Positions 40,074 through 64,000 of a stretch of 64,000 nucleotides of DNA are shown piece by piece. How positions within the stretch are numbered: position 1 is the stretch's first letter; each line of letters opens with the position of its first letter. The notes beneath the pieces are model-generated. The model saw only the letters and a list, made by a program, of their open reading frames with translations, was not told the DNA's origin and ran no database searches. This DNA is from Balanoglossus misakiensis (lineage: Eukaryota; Animalia; Hemichordata): assembly GCA_040954595.2 (NCBI GenBank), contig CM082595.2:581690-645689 (forward strand). Reading direction: 5' to 3'. The position numbers and the translations under genes were made by a program.

Positions 40074-41017
40074 CAATGGGATTATTTTATGGCGTTATTA
40101 GGTTTCTTACCTAAACAATTATTGGACTAGAACTGGATAGAATTTATTGATTAGTTGAAAATTATTCTTTGAATCACCTGCTAACCATGCTGCTTTGATA
40201 TTTTAATAAATGATAAATAAGTAACTAATTACTCAATCAAGGCTGCGAAAATTAAATTAAATGGGTCTTTGTGTACCGTAGCACACGGCAAGGTCAAAAA
40301 TGTTGTCTGATTGCTCTGACACAAAGCTGACAGGTATTATTAGCCAATAACTTGAATGTGCCTCCACAATAAACAGTGGTGTCTACATAGCTGTTAACCT
40401 TCTACTCAGTGTCACATGGCAGATATATTATTAGCATAACAATGTGGTTTGTTATGTCTTTGTCAAGAGATTGTCAGATACAGGGCTGTCCTACAGGCTA
40501 TAATAATTGATGGCTTTTGTCACAAAGACAAATATATTGTCTTAATAAAGTTGTTCGTTTGGTAAGGGTAGTTATAATGCAGTCGCATGGAAGGATTTTT
40601 GTTTGGAAATCACCTGGATTTGTTTGTCCTTCAGTCTAAACCAAGGACCTTTGGTGTGGAACGGAAATGAAACCCTGGATTGTGAGAGTGTACGTCAGTT
40701 CCAAAGTACATTTAAACAAATGAACTTTGATCTCAGAAGAGCTTATGTACACATGTCCTGGTTCAGTTATAGAAATGGCTTATGGAAATTTTTCCCTATC
40801 ACATCACTATTCCTGCGCTGAATTCTGACATATTGTTGAGACACCTCAAGGGGTCAAATAACATGATTTTTCTAAGTTTAGGTAAAAATGAAAGTATCTT
40901 TAACACTGATCAGTTTCATTCTTTTCCTTTACAGATTAAAATTTGTCTTTGACAAGAACACAAAATCAAGAGGCTTCCCTTGTTTGTAATTAGTTTGTAG
41001 AGAAAAAAGGAAGAATC

Positions 41018-64000
<22,983 letters not shown>

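Overview
Intron-rich, AT-rich eukaryotic DNA from a bilaterian invertebrate (a marine deuterostome is my guess, not demonstrated). Five spliced genes lie in strictly alternating orientation. (1) The 3' part of agrin (+, to 17896): nine follistatin/Kazal, two laminin-EGF, four EGF and three LamG domains, but no SEA domain. (2) An uncharacterised WD40 gene (-, 21202-24563) with an N-terminal eIF2A/PYM-like helical motif and a C-terminal CaaX box. (3) Mitochondrial RNA polymerase POLRMT (+, 24822-33355). (4) rRNA m5C methyltransferase NSUN5 (-, 34216-36313). (5) The 5' part of a kinesin-3 KIF1A/KIF1B/unc-104 gene (+, 41018 to the window end). There are two head-to-head promoters. The NSUN5/KIF1 promoter is filled by a ~1.3 kb foldback of ~254-bp repeats carrying YY1- and ZNF143-like motifs. 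Other highlights are a candidate 30-nt K-loop microexon and a 45-nt cassette exon in KIF1, an agrin intron at the vertebrate z/B splice site, a GU-containing hairpin masking a GTAAGT donor, and a dispersed ~92-bp piggyBac-type MITE family. Exon coordinates were read by eye from GT-AG junctions and frame continuity. Homology calls come from recalled protein motifs; no searches were run.
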